This document shows positions 9,551 to 19,789 of a DNA stretch of 64,000 nt, one piece after another (position 1 is the stretch's first letter; each line of letters starts with the position of its first letter). Below the pieces are notes generated by a model. The model made no database searches and was not told the DNA's origin. It saw only the letters and a list, made by a program, of their open reading frames with translations. The position numbers and the translations under genes are program-made. Source of the DNA: a virus. The stretch is from positions 64,001-128,000 of the IMG/VR virus record IMGVR_UViG_3300026097_000805; one strand, written 5' to 3'.

Positions 9551-11718
9551 TATAGCCCCTGTTCAACTGCTTGAGCTAGTTGCTCCGCACCTACTTCTTT
9601 ACCGTCTAAGTAAATTTTTGCTGTACCTTTGTCTAGCAAGGGCTTTACGGCCATAGGATCCTTGAGAATAGCAAGAGGATCTCCGCCTAGTATCTGTGTC
9701 ATCATTGTTCTAGGATTTTTGTGAAATGCTGGACGATCTAAGACTTTACCGGTAAGTGCTACTTTAAGTCTGCCTATTGTTATACTACCTTTAATTACAG
9801 GTTGACCTTTTCTTGCATCGAAAATAAATCTAGCACCGCCGAACGCATATGACAAATAATCAGCCTCACTCGGTTTGTTTCCTTCTAATGGTCCTCTTGC
9901 TTCTAATCCACCACCGCTAAAAATATAACGAGCTTTACCATCTGCATACTTTATTGTAGACAGGCCATTAACAACGGGAGTTTGCGTTTTGATTAGTTTT
10001 CCATTAGCATCATAAAACTTTTTACCCCATGCTCCACTGTGTGTATAGCTTCCGTCTGCGGCATAGTCTTTTGTGCTCCCGTCTGGTAATTCTTCAGATC
10101 TTTCTTCGTTAAATTCTGCACTCACGTCTGCTGTGTCTTTATCTAATTGTCTTTGGCCTAAATCAATTAATTTTTCTACTGATAATCCGCTCAATTTTTG
10201 TGCTTGTGTTATCATTTGATTTGCTTTTTTCTTTGCTGAAGGTGATAAAATTACAGTTGTATCCATTTCATCTCCGCCAGTGAGGCTACCTTGTAATAAA
10301 TTTTGTGCCCCCATAGCTAGTGCAATTGCTCTTTCTAAATTAGGATTAGAAGATTCACGCATTTTCTTTTTACGATTTTTACAACTTGCTTCAAACGCGG
10401 TTATAACATCTTCGCTTGTAATTTGATAACGCTTGCCGCGGCTCTTAATTTCTTTGCCAACAAGTATTTTAAGAACTTTAGAAAGTTTGGCAATATCTTG
10501 TTCTTTATCAATAGCATCGTCAATTAGCATACGTAGATATTGACGTAGTTGTACAGGGTCGATCACAACATCGCTTTCGTTGGTTTTCTTTTTCTTCTTA
10601 TTATGTTGTGCCCAAGCTATAGCATATGGCGCACCTTCGTCATCCGGAAATTCTTTTTTAAGAGCTTTTACTTGATCTTCTCTTCCTGGAGGTGCTTCTT
10701 CATCAGTCTTTTTATATTTCTTTAGCATCTTCTCCTCATCTGGAGAATCACCAAAATATTTGTGTACTAAATCATCTAATTCGTTGTGAAATTTATCTTC
10801 GTCTTTAGGTGATACATCTTCTTTTTTAAACAAATCATTCAATGAATCATCGGAGTAGCCTGGACCGCTTCCTAACCAACTACGCTGTGACATTCTTGTC
10901 TTTTCGTCCGGTATTAACCCTAACTTTTCGTAGTATTGTCTTAACTCCGATCTTGACATTTCCTGAGATTTTTTAGCATAGTCTGCCATTATTAATTCTT
11001 CTGCTCTTTTTGGATCTATACCATTGTCAATCATCTTCTGTTTTATTCTAGCAAATATATTATTACTATTTTCTGCTACATTTTCGCTTACAGGTGCTTC
11101 TGGATCGCCTAATGCTTTGTTAAGCAGTTGCGTAGCTGTTTGTGCATTCCCTGGATACATTAGTTCGGCGGCCTGTAATTTGTCTTCGTCTGACATTTCT
11201 GGCCATGCTGCTCGTAGCTCACTAGCACTTTTAATGCTCATGCCGCTAAAATTAAAGTCAATTGTAGGACCGTATGCTAGATAACCGTGGGTATCTGCTG
11301 TTTCTAATTCACCGTCATTATAAGAAATTAAGTATCCCATGTTGCCATCACTTTTACGCACTTGATCAGGTAAAGGATGACTTGTTTTATCTTTTTCGCT
11401 ACGCACAAATACAAGTGCTGTCTGTGATGCGTCACTTATAATATCGTTATAGGATAACGCATTAAAAGGTGACTTGACCTGTATAAATCTGTTAGCAGGA
11501 ACACCAGCCATTTGTGCAAGTTTTATCTTTACATCGAATGGAAAAGGCCTTGATTTTGTATCATTAGTTGCTGCAACATATACATTATCTTTACCAAATG
11601 TTTCTACAGCCCAGTCATACAGACTTTTGTGCCCGGGATGAAAAGGATGAAATCCACCAGGCATAACTGCTATTACTTTTTGTGCAGGTGCTGCTTCAAA
11701 TAGTTGACGTAGTCTCAC
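9550..11718 (-). CDS. HIGH-family (cytidylyltransferase-like) nucleotidyltransferase fused to head-protein modules
   Basis: PGGFHPFHPGH, SASELR; MRLRQLFE start; multiple xxE junctions. Confidence 0.75.
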   Translation of the reverse strand: MRLRQLFEAAPAQKVIAVMPGGFHPFHPGHKSLYDWAVETFGKDNVYVAATNDTKSRPFPFDVKIKLAQMAGVPANRFIQVKSPFNALSYNDIISDASQTALVFVRSEKDKTSHPLPDQVRKSDGNMGYLISYNDGELETADTHGYLAYGPTIDFNFSGMSIKSASELRAAWPEMSDEDKLQAAELMYPGNAQTATQLLNKALGDPEAPVSENVAENSNNIFARIKQKMIDNGIDPKRAEELIMADYAKKSQEMSRSELRQYYEKLGLIPDEKTRMSQRSWLGSGPGYSDDSLNDLFKKEDVSPKDEDKFHNELDDLVHKYFGDSPDEEKMLKKYKKTDEEAPPGREDQVKALKKEFPDDEGAPYAIAWAQHNKKKKKTNESDVVIDPVQLRQYLRMLIDDAIDKEQDIAKLSKVLKILVGKEIKSRGKRYQITSEDVITAFEASCKNRKKKMRESSNPNLERAIALAMGAQNLLQGSLTGGDEMDTTVILSPSAKKKANQMITQAQKLSGLSVEKLIDLGQRQLDKDTADVSAEFNEERSEELPDGSTKDYAADGSYTHSGAWGKKFYDANGKLIKTQTPVVNGLSTIKYADGKARYIFSGGGLEARGPLEGNKPSEADYLSYAFGGARFIFDARKGQPVIKGSITIGRLKVALTGKVLDRPAFHKNPRTMMTQILGGDPLAILKDPMAVKPLLDKGTAKIYLDGKEVGAEQLAQAVEQGL

Positions 11719-12041
11719 TTGTAGTCACCTCGCTTGATTTGTTCCATTTCTTCGGAGAATAGTTTATCAATTAGCGCATCGCGGTCTGGCTGTTTAAAAA
11801 CATCTTCAGCAGAACGACCTAGGTTATACTTTTTAACATAACCATTGATACCCTGTTCAATCATATCCATTATCATAGTACGATCAACTTTTTTACCCTC
11901 GCTATGATTATCAGCTAATTTAGCCATACACGGAAAATACTGTTTGCGATAGAAATTAGGGTCGTTGCGCATGTAGTAGCTAGCATCGTCTACAAGATCA
12001 AAAGGTAAGCTATTTTCTGTGACTTCATAAATCTTTACCAT
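11715..12041 (-). CDS. Hypothetical protein
   Basis: Start reassigned to MVKIYEVTE at 12041. Confidence 0.7.
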   Translation of the reverse strand: MVKIYEVTENSLPFDLVDDASYYMRNDPNFYRKQYFPCMAKLADNHSEGKKVDRTMIMDMIEQGINGYVKKYNLGRSAEDVFKQPDRDALIDKLFSEEMEQIKRGDYK

Positions 12042-12595
12042 TTTCTGCAACTCCAATAGCGAGCTTTATGACGAGGTCCCGGATTGTCACAATTGTGTCT
12101 TGCTCTAAAGCTTCTACGTCTTTCTGGATTAGATTTTTTTATCTTAGCACCCTTTTGGCCAAAGTTTACTTTAACTACATTACCTTTTGGATTTTTTACA
12201 TATACTTTGAACTTTTTAACATCGCCCGCCATAGGCTTGCCCAATTTGACTTTGCGACCTTGATACTCTGCTTCGTCTAAGTCATTGTCCTCGTTAAACC
12301 ACATTACTCCGAATTCTTCGTAAAAGTCATCGTCATCATCAAACGTGACTTCCTCTATGTCTTCATCTTCTTCGCCTACATATATATCAAAATCTTCATA
12401 ACCTTGTTCAAACATATAATTAGCAAGCTTTTGTGCATATTCGTCAGATTCATCTAATGTAAGAGCTCTTGCAAGAGGTATTTGAATGACTGTGGTATCT
12501 TGTTCTGTATCATATGATTCAAAAACAGGAAAAATACTTTCGTCCAATTTAGTTGACTCTTGTTTTTCCATTACTACTCTTACAAAATATTCCAT
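12035..12595 (-). CDS. Hypothetical protein with C-terminal basic Cys/His module
   Basis: LDE-AEYQGRKVKLGKP...RRSFRARHNC...ARYWSC. Confidence 0.75.
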   Translation of the reverse strand: MEYFVRVVMEKQESTKLDESIFPVFESYDTEQDTTVIQIPLARALTLDESDEYAQKLANYMFEQGYEDFDIYVGEEDEDIEEVTFDDDDDFYEEFGVMWFNEDNDLDEAEYQGRKVKLGKPMAGDVKKFKVYVKNPKGNVVKVNFGQKGAKIKKSNPERRRSFRARHNCDNPGPRHKARYWSCRKW

Positions 12596-12604
12596 GATTT
12601 TACC

Positions 12605-12961
12605 TTAGTGATTTAGTTTGATAAAGTTAATTACGCCGTCAGTGTACTCTATATATGCCCGTACCCAAACATAATTTCCTGTAAAATTTGCAATAACACT
12701 CGAAGTAGTGCCTTCATCTGCACTTACAGGGTGAGCTTGCGTGTAAACAGCAAACCAGTCAGCTTCGACCGGATCAATAGCTAGAGTACCTTGTATATTC
12801 ACAGTGCCAATGAATCCTGAGATATCGTATTGAATAGTATGGAGACCGTCACTACGACCGTAGTATCCGTCTCCTTTATATTTGTCACCTGTGATTGTAG
12901 CAACTGAGCTATCACTTGGGTGTGTATTTTGACTTAAGATTATTTCACTGTTATTTGGCAT
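12605..12961 (-). CDS. Probable virion structural protein
   Basis: KGDGYYGRSDGLHT and FTGNYVWVRA; GATAAATA at 12967-12974; start at MPNNSE. Confidence 0.65.
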   Translation of the reverse strand: MPNNSEIILSQNTHPSDSSVATITGDKYKGDGYYGRSDGLHTIQYDISGFIGTVNIQGTLAIDPVEADWFAVYTQAHPVSADEGTTSSVIANFTGNYVWVRAYIEYTDGVINFIKLNH

Positions 12962-12965
12962 ACTA

Positions 12966-13658
12966 TTATTTATCAAGATCTTGCTTACAGACAATTTTGT
13001 CTACACGACCAAGACTGCCGAGCATAAGTCCTACAATGTTAAGGATTTTTTCATCTCTTACATAAAAGTATAAACCTTTAGAATATCCACTATTTGCCAC
13101 TTCGTTAAGAAACACAGGGCCTGCTTTTGAAAGTTTTGGATTATTTTGTATCCATTTAGCTAAACTAGGATCAGGCTTAGAGTTTAGTGTTATTCTATAT
13201 TGATAATCACTAGGTTTTTCTACAAGTATGGTATTTTTTGCTAGTATTACAGGAGGTTCATAAAACTCCGTTGGTGCGTTGACTTGAGATGCTATATACA
13301 GAAGCCAATCTTTGTCTTGACTATATAATTGTAGCATAGGATATTCTACGCGGATCTTATAGTCATTCCTTTTAATTAATTCTTTGTATAACCATTTACA
13401 CTCAGTAAAAGTAGCTAAATCATATTCCTTCTTACGATACGTTCCTAACACTAGAGGTTTATTCATTTCCACCATGACTTCGAGTCTAGACAGTTCTTCT
13501 CGAGCAAATCTAAACTTTTTTTCACGGAAAATATAAGCTAGAGAATTATATAACCCTAGCTTATATGGATATTCATTATAGAATAGCTTTTTGGTTTCAA
13601 GAGTTCGCAACAACTTCCTCTCCAACACTTTCGAGGCGTAGTTCGCCATCAGCAACAT
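12966..13658 (-). CDS. Hypothetical protein (true start probably near 13610)
   Basis: 230-aa ORF directly after clpA. Confidence 0.7.
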   Translation of the reverse strand: MLLMANYASKVLERKLLRTLETKKLFYNEYPYKLGLYNSLAYIFREKKFRFAREELSRLEVMVEMNKPLVLGTYRKKEYDLATFTECKWLYKELIKRNDYKIRVEYPMLQLYSQDKDWLLYIASQVNAPTEFYEPPVILAKNTILVEKPSDYQYRITLNSKPDPSLAKWIQNNPKLSKAGPVFLNEVANSGYSKGLYFYVRDEKILNIVGLMLGSLGRVDKIVCKQDLDK

Positions 13659-15837
13659 CTATTTTTACACTGCCACCGTGCTTAAGATTGCCAAACAAAA
13701 GTTGTCTAGAAAGAGGACGCTTAATTTCGTTGTCGATAACACGTTGTAGTGGTCTTGCACCCATTTTCTTGTTAAAACCCTTATCGACTAGATAATCAAG
13801 TGCTTCGTCTGATACAGTAATACTAACACCTTTTCCAACTACCATTTCTTTAAGTTCAACTAGGAACTTGCCCACAATCTTAATCATAACTTCCTTGCCA
13901 AGTTTAGCAAAGGTTATTGTTCCGTCTAATCGATTACGGAATTCAGGTGCAAAGAATTTTTTCAGTTCAGTATCTTCGTATTCTTTATCAGTTTCGTCTG
14001 TAAAGCCAATAGTATTCTTTTCTGCTTCCTGTGCGCCTAAATTAGTTGTTAGGATAAGAACACAATTACGGGCATCTGCTTCCTTGCCATTAGATCCAGT
14101 AATTTTACCATTGTCCATAACTTGTAGTAAAATTTGTGAAACATCAGGGTGTGCTTTCTCGATTTCGTCCAGCAATAATACACAGTTAGGATTTTCTTGT
14201 AGTTTAGTTATAAGCAATCCGTTGTTTTCTTCATACCCTACATAGCCCGGAGGAGATCCGATTAGTTTAGCAACAGCATGCTTTTCTTGATATTCGCTCA
14301 TATCAAAACGTACAAGTTTTACACCTAAGTTATTAGCAAGAGCTTTAGCTGTCTCCGTTTTACCTGTACCAGTCGGACCCATAAACACAAAACTGCCAAT
14401 TGGTTTATCATCCGGTTTCAAACCAGCTTGTGCTACAAGAATTTTATCTACAATACTTTCGATAGCTGTGTCCTGACCGTAAACAACACCTTTCAAATTC
14501 TTTTCAAGATTTACAAGATTTTCTGTTTCACGTTCTGCAACTTGCTCCTCAGGTAAATTTATAGTCTTTGCAAGTTCAAATTCAATTTCTTTTTCGCTAA
14601 CAATTTTTTCATCAACAGGGTCTTTTAGATTAAATCTTGAACACGCCTGGTCAATTAGATCAATTGCTTTGTCAGGAAGTTTTTTATCAGATTGATATTT
14701 TACACTTAACTTAACAGCCGCTTCTATAGCATCGTCAGTAATTGTTGTATTATGGTAGTCTTCATAATACTTTTTAATACCTTGCAAAATATCGTTAGCT
14801 ACTTCTGGGCTCGGCTCGTCTACGGTCACACGCTGGAAGCGACGCATCAGCGCACGATCCTTTTCAAAGTATTTGCGATATTCTTCCCAGGTAGTACTAG
14901 CAACAACTTTTAAGTCGCCTTTTGTAAGAGCAGGCTTTAACATATTTGCTAGATCGTTTGAACTATTTTGTCCACCAGCGCCGGCACCGTTCATCATGTG
15001 TGCTTCATCTACGAACATAATGGTTTTACCTTTTTTACGAAGTCCTGCAAGCACAAGTTTAAACCGTTCTTCAAAATCTCCGCGATATTTACTACCAGCT
15101 AACATAGCACCAATATCTAGATTGTAAACTTGATATTCGTTTAAAAATTCAGGAACATTTCCTTGTACGATGTTAAAAGCCATACCTTCAGCAATAGCTG
15201 TTTTACCAACACCTGGCTCGCCTACTAGTAGTACATTATTTTTACTACGGCGCCCTAGTGCAAGCGCAATACTATCAAGCTCTTCCGATCTTCCAATTAC
15301 AGGATCTATTCTATTACGTTTTACTTCATCATTTAAGTTAGTTGTGAATGAACGTAAAGCACGTTGTGCAGCGCCGCTGATCTCTTCATCTTCAATAATC
15401 TCTTCTACTTCATTATCTAAGTAATCTGCAAATTGTTCTTTGGTGACACCACCCTTTTGTAAGAAGTAGTAAGAGTGACTTTTCTTTTCTGATAACATAC
15501 TCATTGCAACATCGCATAGTTCTATATTATTTCTACCGGCAAACAATACTTGAGTAAATGCTCTATTTAAAACTCTTTCTACAGTTTGTGTTTTTTTAGG
15601 TTTAAATTTGGTTGTGTCTATTTTTATATCGTCTAAATTATTTTTCAAATAATGTTCTAAATTAGCTTTGATAAAATCAACGTCCGCACCATAACCTTTT
15701 AAAATATTAAAAAAGTTTTCACTGCACATCATGCTAAACAAAAGATGTTCTAATGTAACATATTCGTGTTTTAATTTTTGTGCATCTTTAACTGCTTTGT
15801 CAAATACTAATTGTAGCTCTTTGCTCGGTTCAACCAT
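13597..15837 (-). CDS. clpA: ClpA-type AAA+ protease ATP-binding subunit
   Basis: N-domain HEYVTLEHLL; NBD1 GEPGVGKT; NBD2 GPTGTGKT; PPGYVG; GARPL; no ClpB M-domain. Confidence 0.93.
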   Translation of the reverse strand: MVEPSKELQLVFDKAVKDAQKLKHEYVTLEHLLFSMMCSENFFNILKGYGADVDFIKANLEHYLKNNLDDIKIDTTKFKPKKTQTVERVLNRAFTQVLFAGRNNIELCDVAMSMLSEKKSHSYYFLQKGGVTKEQFADYLDNEVEEIIEDEEISGAAQRALRSFTTNLNDEVKRNRIDPVIGRSEELDSIALALGRRSKNNVLLVGEPGVGKTAIAEGMAFNIVQGNVPEFLNEYQVYNLDIGAMLAGSKYRGDFEERFKLVLAGLRKKGKTIMFVDEAHMMNGAGAGGQNSSNDLANMLKPALTKGDLKVVASTTWEEYRKYFEKDRALMRRFQRVTVDEPSPEVANDILQGIKKYYEDYHNTTITDDAIEAAVKLSVKYQSDKKLPDKAIDLIDQACSRFNLKDPVDEKIVSEKEIEFELAKTINLPEEQVAERETENLVNLEKNLKGVVYGQDTAIESIVDKILVAQAGLKPDDKPIGSFVFMGPTGTGKTETAKALANNLGVKLVRFDMSEYQEKHAVAKLIGSPPGYVGYEENNGLLITKLQENPNCVLLLDEIEKAHPDVSQILLQVMDNGKITGSNGKEADARNCVLILTTNLGAQEAEKNTIGFTDETDKEYEDTELKKFFAPEFRNRLDGTITFAKLGKEVMIKIVGKFLVELKEMVVGKGVSITVSDEALDYLVDKGFNKKMGARPLQRVIDNEIKRPLSRQLLFGNLKHGGSVKIDVADGELRLESVGEEVVANS

Positions 15838-16336
15838 TTATTAACCTCTTTTGTTTTTCTAGCTTTTTGTTAGCCATTGCTAATTTTAATTTCGATACTC
15901 TATCAGTGAAAGTGACACCGTTAAGATGGTCATACTCATGCAAAAAGCATCTAGCATCTATTCCACTAAATTCTATTATACATTCTTTTGCGTCTAAGTC
16001 AAGAAATTGTGCAATTATTTTACTAGGTCTCTTGACATGTAATACTAATCCTGGATAACTTAGACACCCTTCTGGTCCGTTAACAGTCTCTTCATCTACT
16101 TCTAAAATCACAGGATTAATGATAGCAAATGGCTTTTTAATTTCAGGGTGTTCGATCGGACGCATCACAAAGATTTGTGCATCTAAACCTACTTGATTTG
16201 CACTCAACCCAATACCGTTTTGTGCCATCATAATCTCACACATCTTTCCAGATATATCCACAGCATCTAAAGTATCAAAATTAAAAGGCTTAACAGATTT
16301 ATCAAGCCATTCATCGGGTGCTTTAACTAATTGCAT
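15830..16336 (-). CDS. def: Peptide deformylase
   Basis: [15 protein letters not shown] and HEYDH all present. Confidence 0.95.
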   Translation of the reverse strand: MQLVKAPDEWLDKSVKPFNFDTLDAVDISGKMCEIMMAQNGIGLSANQVGLDAQIFVMRPIEHPEIKKPFAIINPVILEVDEETVNGPEGCLSYPGLVLHVKRPSKIIAQFLDLDAKECIIEFSGIDARCFLHEYDHLNGVTFTDRVSKLKLAMANKKLEKQKRLING

Positions 16337-17141
16337 TTTTTATTTCCTCTATTTTGTCAAGTAAGTCTTTGTCTTCGATTTTTGGAATATTTGCATCTAT
16401 TTTTATGTATAAATTTCCCTTCCTACCTGTATTTACATTAGGAACACCGTGACCTGCGATACTAAAGGTAGTTCCTGGTTTTGTTCCTTTGGGCACATTT
16501 AAATTTAGCAAATTTCCTGCTGGCGATTCTATTACTATCTCTGTCCCTAATAGTAAGTCGAAGACTGATATTTTTTTTGTAGTTGTAAGATTGTCTTCTG
16601 TGCGTTTCCATATTGAGTTTGGAGGTATCCGAATTTTTAAATTTAAGTTGCCTTTTGGTATATTTGAAAATGTGTCATCTCCGTATCCTGCGAAATTTAT
16701 CACATCGCCGTCTTTCACTCCTGGAGGAATCTTAACATCTAAAAATTGTTGCTTACCGCTAGGCAGTTTATAAGCAATACTTACACCTCTACCTGTAAAG
16801 ATATCTATAAAATCTAAGTTGTATTGAATTTGTATATCTTTATTTTTTCGTATACTATTATGTCTCGGTCCTCCAAAACCAAAAACTTGAGAAAATACGT
16901 CTTCAAAATTATGCATATTATGCATATTAGATGTGTTAAAATTTCCTTGATGACTAGGACTGTCGTATTGCTTACGTTTTGTAGGATCTTTCAAGACATC
17001 ATAAGCTTCGTTCACTTGCTGCAATTTTTCTGCAGATCCGCCACGATCGGGATGATGCTTCATCGCAAGCTTGCGGTAAGCTTTTTTAATATCATCTTGA
17101 GAGGCGGTTTTACCTACGCCTAGGATAGAATAATAGTCCAT
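16323..17141 (-). CDS. DnaJ-family (class B/CbpA-like) co-chaperone
   Basis: [10 protein letters not shown]-domain with HPD and C-terminal domain; no Zn finger. Confidence 0.93.
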   Translation of the reverse strand: MDYYSILGVGKTASQDDIKKAYRKLAMKHHPDRGGSAEKLQQVNEAYDVLKDPTKRKQYDSPSHQGNFNTSNMHNMHNFEDVFSQVFGFGGPRHNSIRKNKDIQIQYNLDFIDIFTGRGVSIAYKLPSGKQQFLDVKIPPGVKDGDVINFAGYGDDTFSNIPKGNLNLKIRIPPNSIWKRTEDNLTTTKKISVFDLLLGTEIVIESPAGNLLNLNVPKGTKPGTTFSIAGHGVPNVNTGRKGNLYIKIDANIPKIEDKDLLDKIEEIKNAIS

Positions 17142-17184
17142 ACAGTTATTTACCGCATGGACCATTGTGTAAAGTTAGTACTGA

Positions 17185-17532
17185 TTATTCTTTAGGCTTG
17201 CTCTTACCTTTAATTGCATCAGCGCCAAAGAATGCTGCAACCAACGCAGAGATAGCAACAAAATATGTAGGCGCAATATCACCAATAATCTGTGCAGCAT
17301 TGTCTGCTCCTAATAGAGATGTTGCAACAATAGTAAATGGATATAGTAGCATACCAAATAGTGCAAACCAAGTCATGTTGCGCATTGCATCACGCTGTGC
17401 ATCTTGATCTTCTAGAGCCTTTCTTTTGAACTCTAGATGCATTTCCATTTCTTCTTTTGAAATATGTCCGTCACCATTTGTGTCAATACCCTCTACAGCT
17501 GATGCGTCAATTGTTTTCTTTTCGTCTGCCAT
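17185..17532 (-). CDS. EF-hand membrane protein (holin/antiholin candidate)
   Basis: DTNGDGHISKEE loop followed by two TM helices; last gene of the lysis block. Confidence 0.65.
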   Translation of the reverse strand: MADEKKTIDASAVEGIDTNGDGHISKEEMEMHLEFKRKALEDQDAQRDAMRNMTWFALFGMLLYPFTIVATSLLGADNAAQIIGDIAPTYFVAISALVAAFFGADAIKGKSKPKE

Positions 17533-17813
17533 TAGTCTTTCCCCTCTAGTTTAGCAATGCGAGCTTCTAGCTCATCAATCTTTGAAGTTATTTTAGGATA
17601 CTTTATACGCCATGCGGTTGGATCGTTTTGAAGCCAAGTCCATCCCCAACGCATTGCAAGATATTCTAGTGTACTGTCAAACTTTTGTACGCCCCATATT
17701 GCCATTCTTGTATCTTTGAACCAGAACAAAAATGCTGCACCAAATAGTGAACCAGCAATACTAGTATAAATCCACAGACGGTCGCCTGCCATCTGTTGTA
17801 TCATTTCCCACAT
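17532..17813 (-). CDS. Membrane protein, holin candidate
   Basis: N-terminal TM segment and coiled C-terminus; GATAAATA upstream; next to spanins. Confidence 0.5.
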   Translation of the reverse strand: MWEMIQQMAGDRLWIYTSIAGSLFGAAFLFWFKDTRMAIWGVQKFDSTLEYLAMRWGWTWLQNDPTAWRIKYPKITSKIDELEARIAKLEGKD

Positions 17814-17890
17814 ACTAACCCCTCTTGTTAACTATGTGTATTTATCTTACAATGCTAATAGCACTGAACATGGACAGAGAAGGAGGAAGT

Positions 17891-18346
17891 TTAGAATATC
17901 TTGAAAAAAGATTGGTCTTTGGTCTCTGTTTGTTCTTCGATCTCTTTTTGAGCGTCTTCGATGCCGGCATTGGCAGCATCAAGTGCTTCGTTCGCGTTCT
18001 TGTAGTAGTTTTCGTATGCAGCAATAATTGCTTGCTGTTGTTGAATGTATGCTCTAATGCTAGAGAAGTTTAATGAGATATTTTCGTAGCCTTCGTCTGT
18101 TAGCGCAAAGAACACAACTGGACGTCCTGTAGCTTCAATTTCAGCTACCTTTTCTTCGAAGTTTTCAGGAGTGAGTAGTACCCATTCTACATCCTTCATG
18201 CGAATGCCATCTGCATTTGGAAGTACAAGTTCGGGTTTGTCTACAGGTTTAGCACTAACCTCAATCTTCTGAGGCATGCTGGTACAACCGCTAAGGATTG
18301 CTAGGATCAGTCCAAAGCCAAGGACATTCTTTATTAAATTGGTCAC
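17891..18346 (-). CDS. o-spanin (Rz1-like lipoprotein)
   Basis: Signal peptide with lipobox LSGC; overlaps the 3' end of the i-spanin. Confidence 0.75.
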   Translation of the reverse strand: MTNLIKNVLGFGLILAILSGCTSMPQKIEVSAKPVDKPELVLPNADGIRMKDVEWVLLTPENFEEKVAEIEATGRPVVFFALTDEGYENISLNFSSIRAYIQQQQAIIAAYENYYKNANEALDAANAGIEDAQKEIEEQTETKDQSFFKIF

Positions 18347-18752
18347 CGCTTGTTGCCTCCTTTTCTTTGTCTGTTAGTTCTGCGCCTGCTAGTATTTCAA
18401 AACATCTGCCTGCGTTAACTGTGCCTCTGTTTACTAGTCTTTCTACTAATCCAGGTTTCCCTGCGCCTAGCACAGCCAAGTCGTGTTTTGCAAGTTTATC
18501 TGCTAGTACGTTGTTTTGCGCACGTATAGCAGCAAACTCTTGATTAACACGATTTAGCTCTTGGTTTGCCTTTGCGAAATCAGCCTGCAAAGTCGAAACA
18601 GCCTCTTCACTTATAGCTACTGCTGTTTCTAACTTTGCATTGTTTTGATTAAGGATAGCAATGCGTTCTTGTGTATCGTTATAATACCAATAGAACGCAC
18701 CGCATAAAACTAGCATCATCATTGCCATTGCACCTGCTAGTTTCATTCCCAT
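18291..18752 (-). CDS. i-spanin (Rz-like)
   Basis: N-terminal TM, long coiled coil, two C-terminal Cys; starts right after the endolysin. Confidence 0.75.
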   Translation of the reverse strand: MGMKLAGAMAMMMLVLCGAFYWYYNDTQERIAILNQNNAKLETAVAISEEAVSTLQADFAKANQELNRVNQEFAAIRAQNNVLADKLAKHDLAVLGAGKPGLVERLVNRGTVNAGRCFEILAGAELTDKEKEATSGDQFNKECPWLWTDPSNP

Positions 18753-18753
18753 T

Positions 18754-19629
18754 TTAGTCGTCCAATAGTTTCGCAAATGTAGCCGGACCTGCAATACCGT
18801 CTGCTGTGAGACCGTTTGCTGCCTGCCATTCTTTTAACGCACGTTCTGTGCCAGGACCAAATGCACCGTCTGCACTAATGCCTAGTGCTTCTTGCATGAT
18901 CTTAACACCTTCGCCACGTGAACCTTTGCGTAGTACACCGATGTCATCAATGATATCTTCTGCACTGTTGTCGTCCTCGCCTAAGTCTTCTACACTCATG
19001 CCTAGCACTTCCATTGCATGTGCATAGCGTCTCTGACGATCTTCTAGTCCAATAGTGCCGCCATTGATCTTTTTAGTCATACGCACAACATCATCACCGT
19101 CAGCAATGTCGTTTAGGTTTCTGCTTTCCCAGTACCAGCAAGCTGATTCAACTGCACCTGCAGGAGTTGCTACATATTCTGCGGCTTCCTCTGCGGTCAT
19201 GTCTACACTTGCGCCAAAGCGTGTGTAGTTTTCACGTCCAGTCAATTGCTTTAAGCCACGCCCGCGGAATCTCCAGCCATCACCTTCTTCAACGTTGCCC
19301 ATTTTGTACTTACGGAACTCGTCCATGTATACATAGTTTGCAATCATCTCTGGGTTGCGGTGATACTCGTCTGCATCACGCTTCGGAGCTTCACCAAAAT
19401 AGCGTCCAAACACTGCACGAAGTGCTTTTGCTGAATAGTTCAAGTTTTCTTCTAGGCGCTTAAATCCGCCTGATTCGTGAGCGCACTGGCTTAGAAAGTG
19501 TGCTACTCTACGTTCTGTAGTAATACCATATTTAGGTAAAATGTCACACAGTGCATCATACCAATCGTCTGCATCTGCTGAAATAATTTCAGCTAGATGT
19601 TCTTTTGTAAAATCAAATTCAAAGCTCAT
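18754..19629 (-). CDS. Endolysin, GH19 family with C-terminal peptidoglycan-binding domain
   Basis: FLSQCAHESGGF, EENLNYS, FRGRGLKQLTG, INGG; LRKGSRGEGV...DGIAGPAT. Confidence 0.93.
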   Translation of the reverse strand: MSFEFDFTKEHLAEIISADADDWYDALCDILPKYGITTERRVAHFLSQCAHESGGFKRLEENLNYSAKALRAVFGRYFGEAPKRDADEYHRNPEMIANYVYMDEFRKYKMGNVEEGDGWRFRGRGLKQLTGRENYTRFGASVDMTAEEAAEYVATPAGAVESACWYWESRNLNDIADGDDVVRMTKKINGGTIGLEDRQRRYAHAMEVLGMSVEDLGEDDNSAEDIIDDIGVLRKGSRGEGVKIMQEALGISADGAFGPGTERALKEWQAANGLTADGIAGPATFAKLLDD

Positions 19630-19783
19630 CTTTTGTATCCTTTAGGTTTGTACATTTTTTACATCTGCAAGACTTGCAGACTACAACTTCATTTATGCCA
19701 AGTTCGTCGGCTTGCACTTTCATCTTAGCGTCAGTACCACAATGTGATTCTCTACCACAATTTTCACAGAATGTTGTACCCAT
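19619..19783 (-). CDS. 54-aa Cys-rich protein (not in ORF track)
   Basis: MGTTFCENCGRESHCG...VCKSCRCKKC; fills the gap upstream of the endolysin. Confidence 0.7.
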   Translation of the reverse strand: MGTTFCENCGRESHCGTDAKMKVQADELGINEVVVCKSCRCKKCTNLKDTKDEL

Positions 19784-19789
19784 ATTTAT

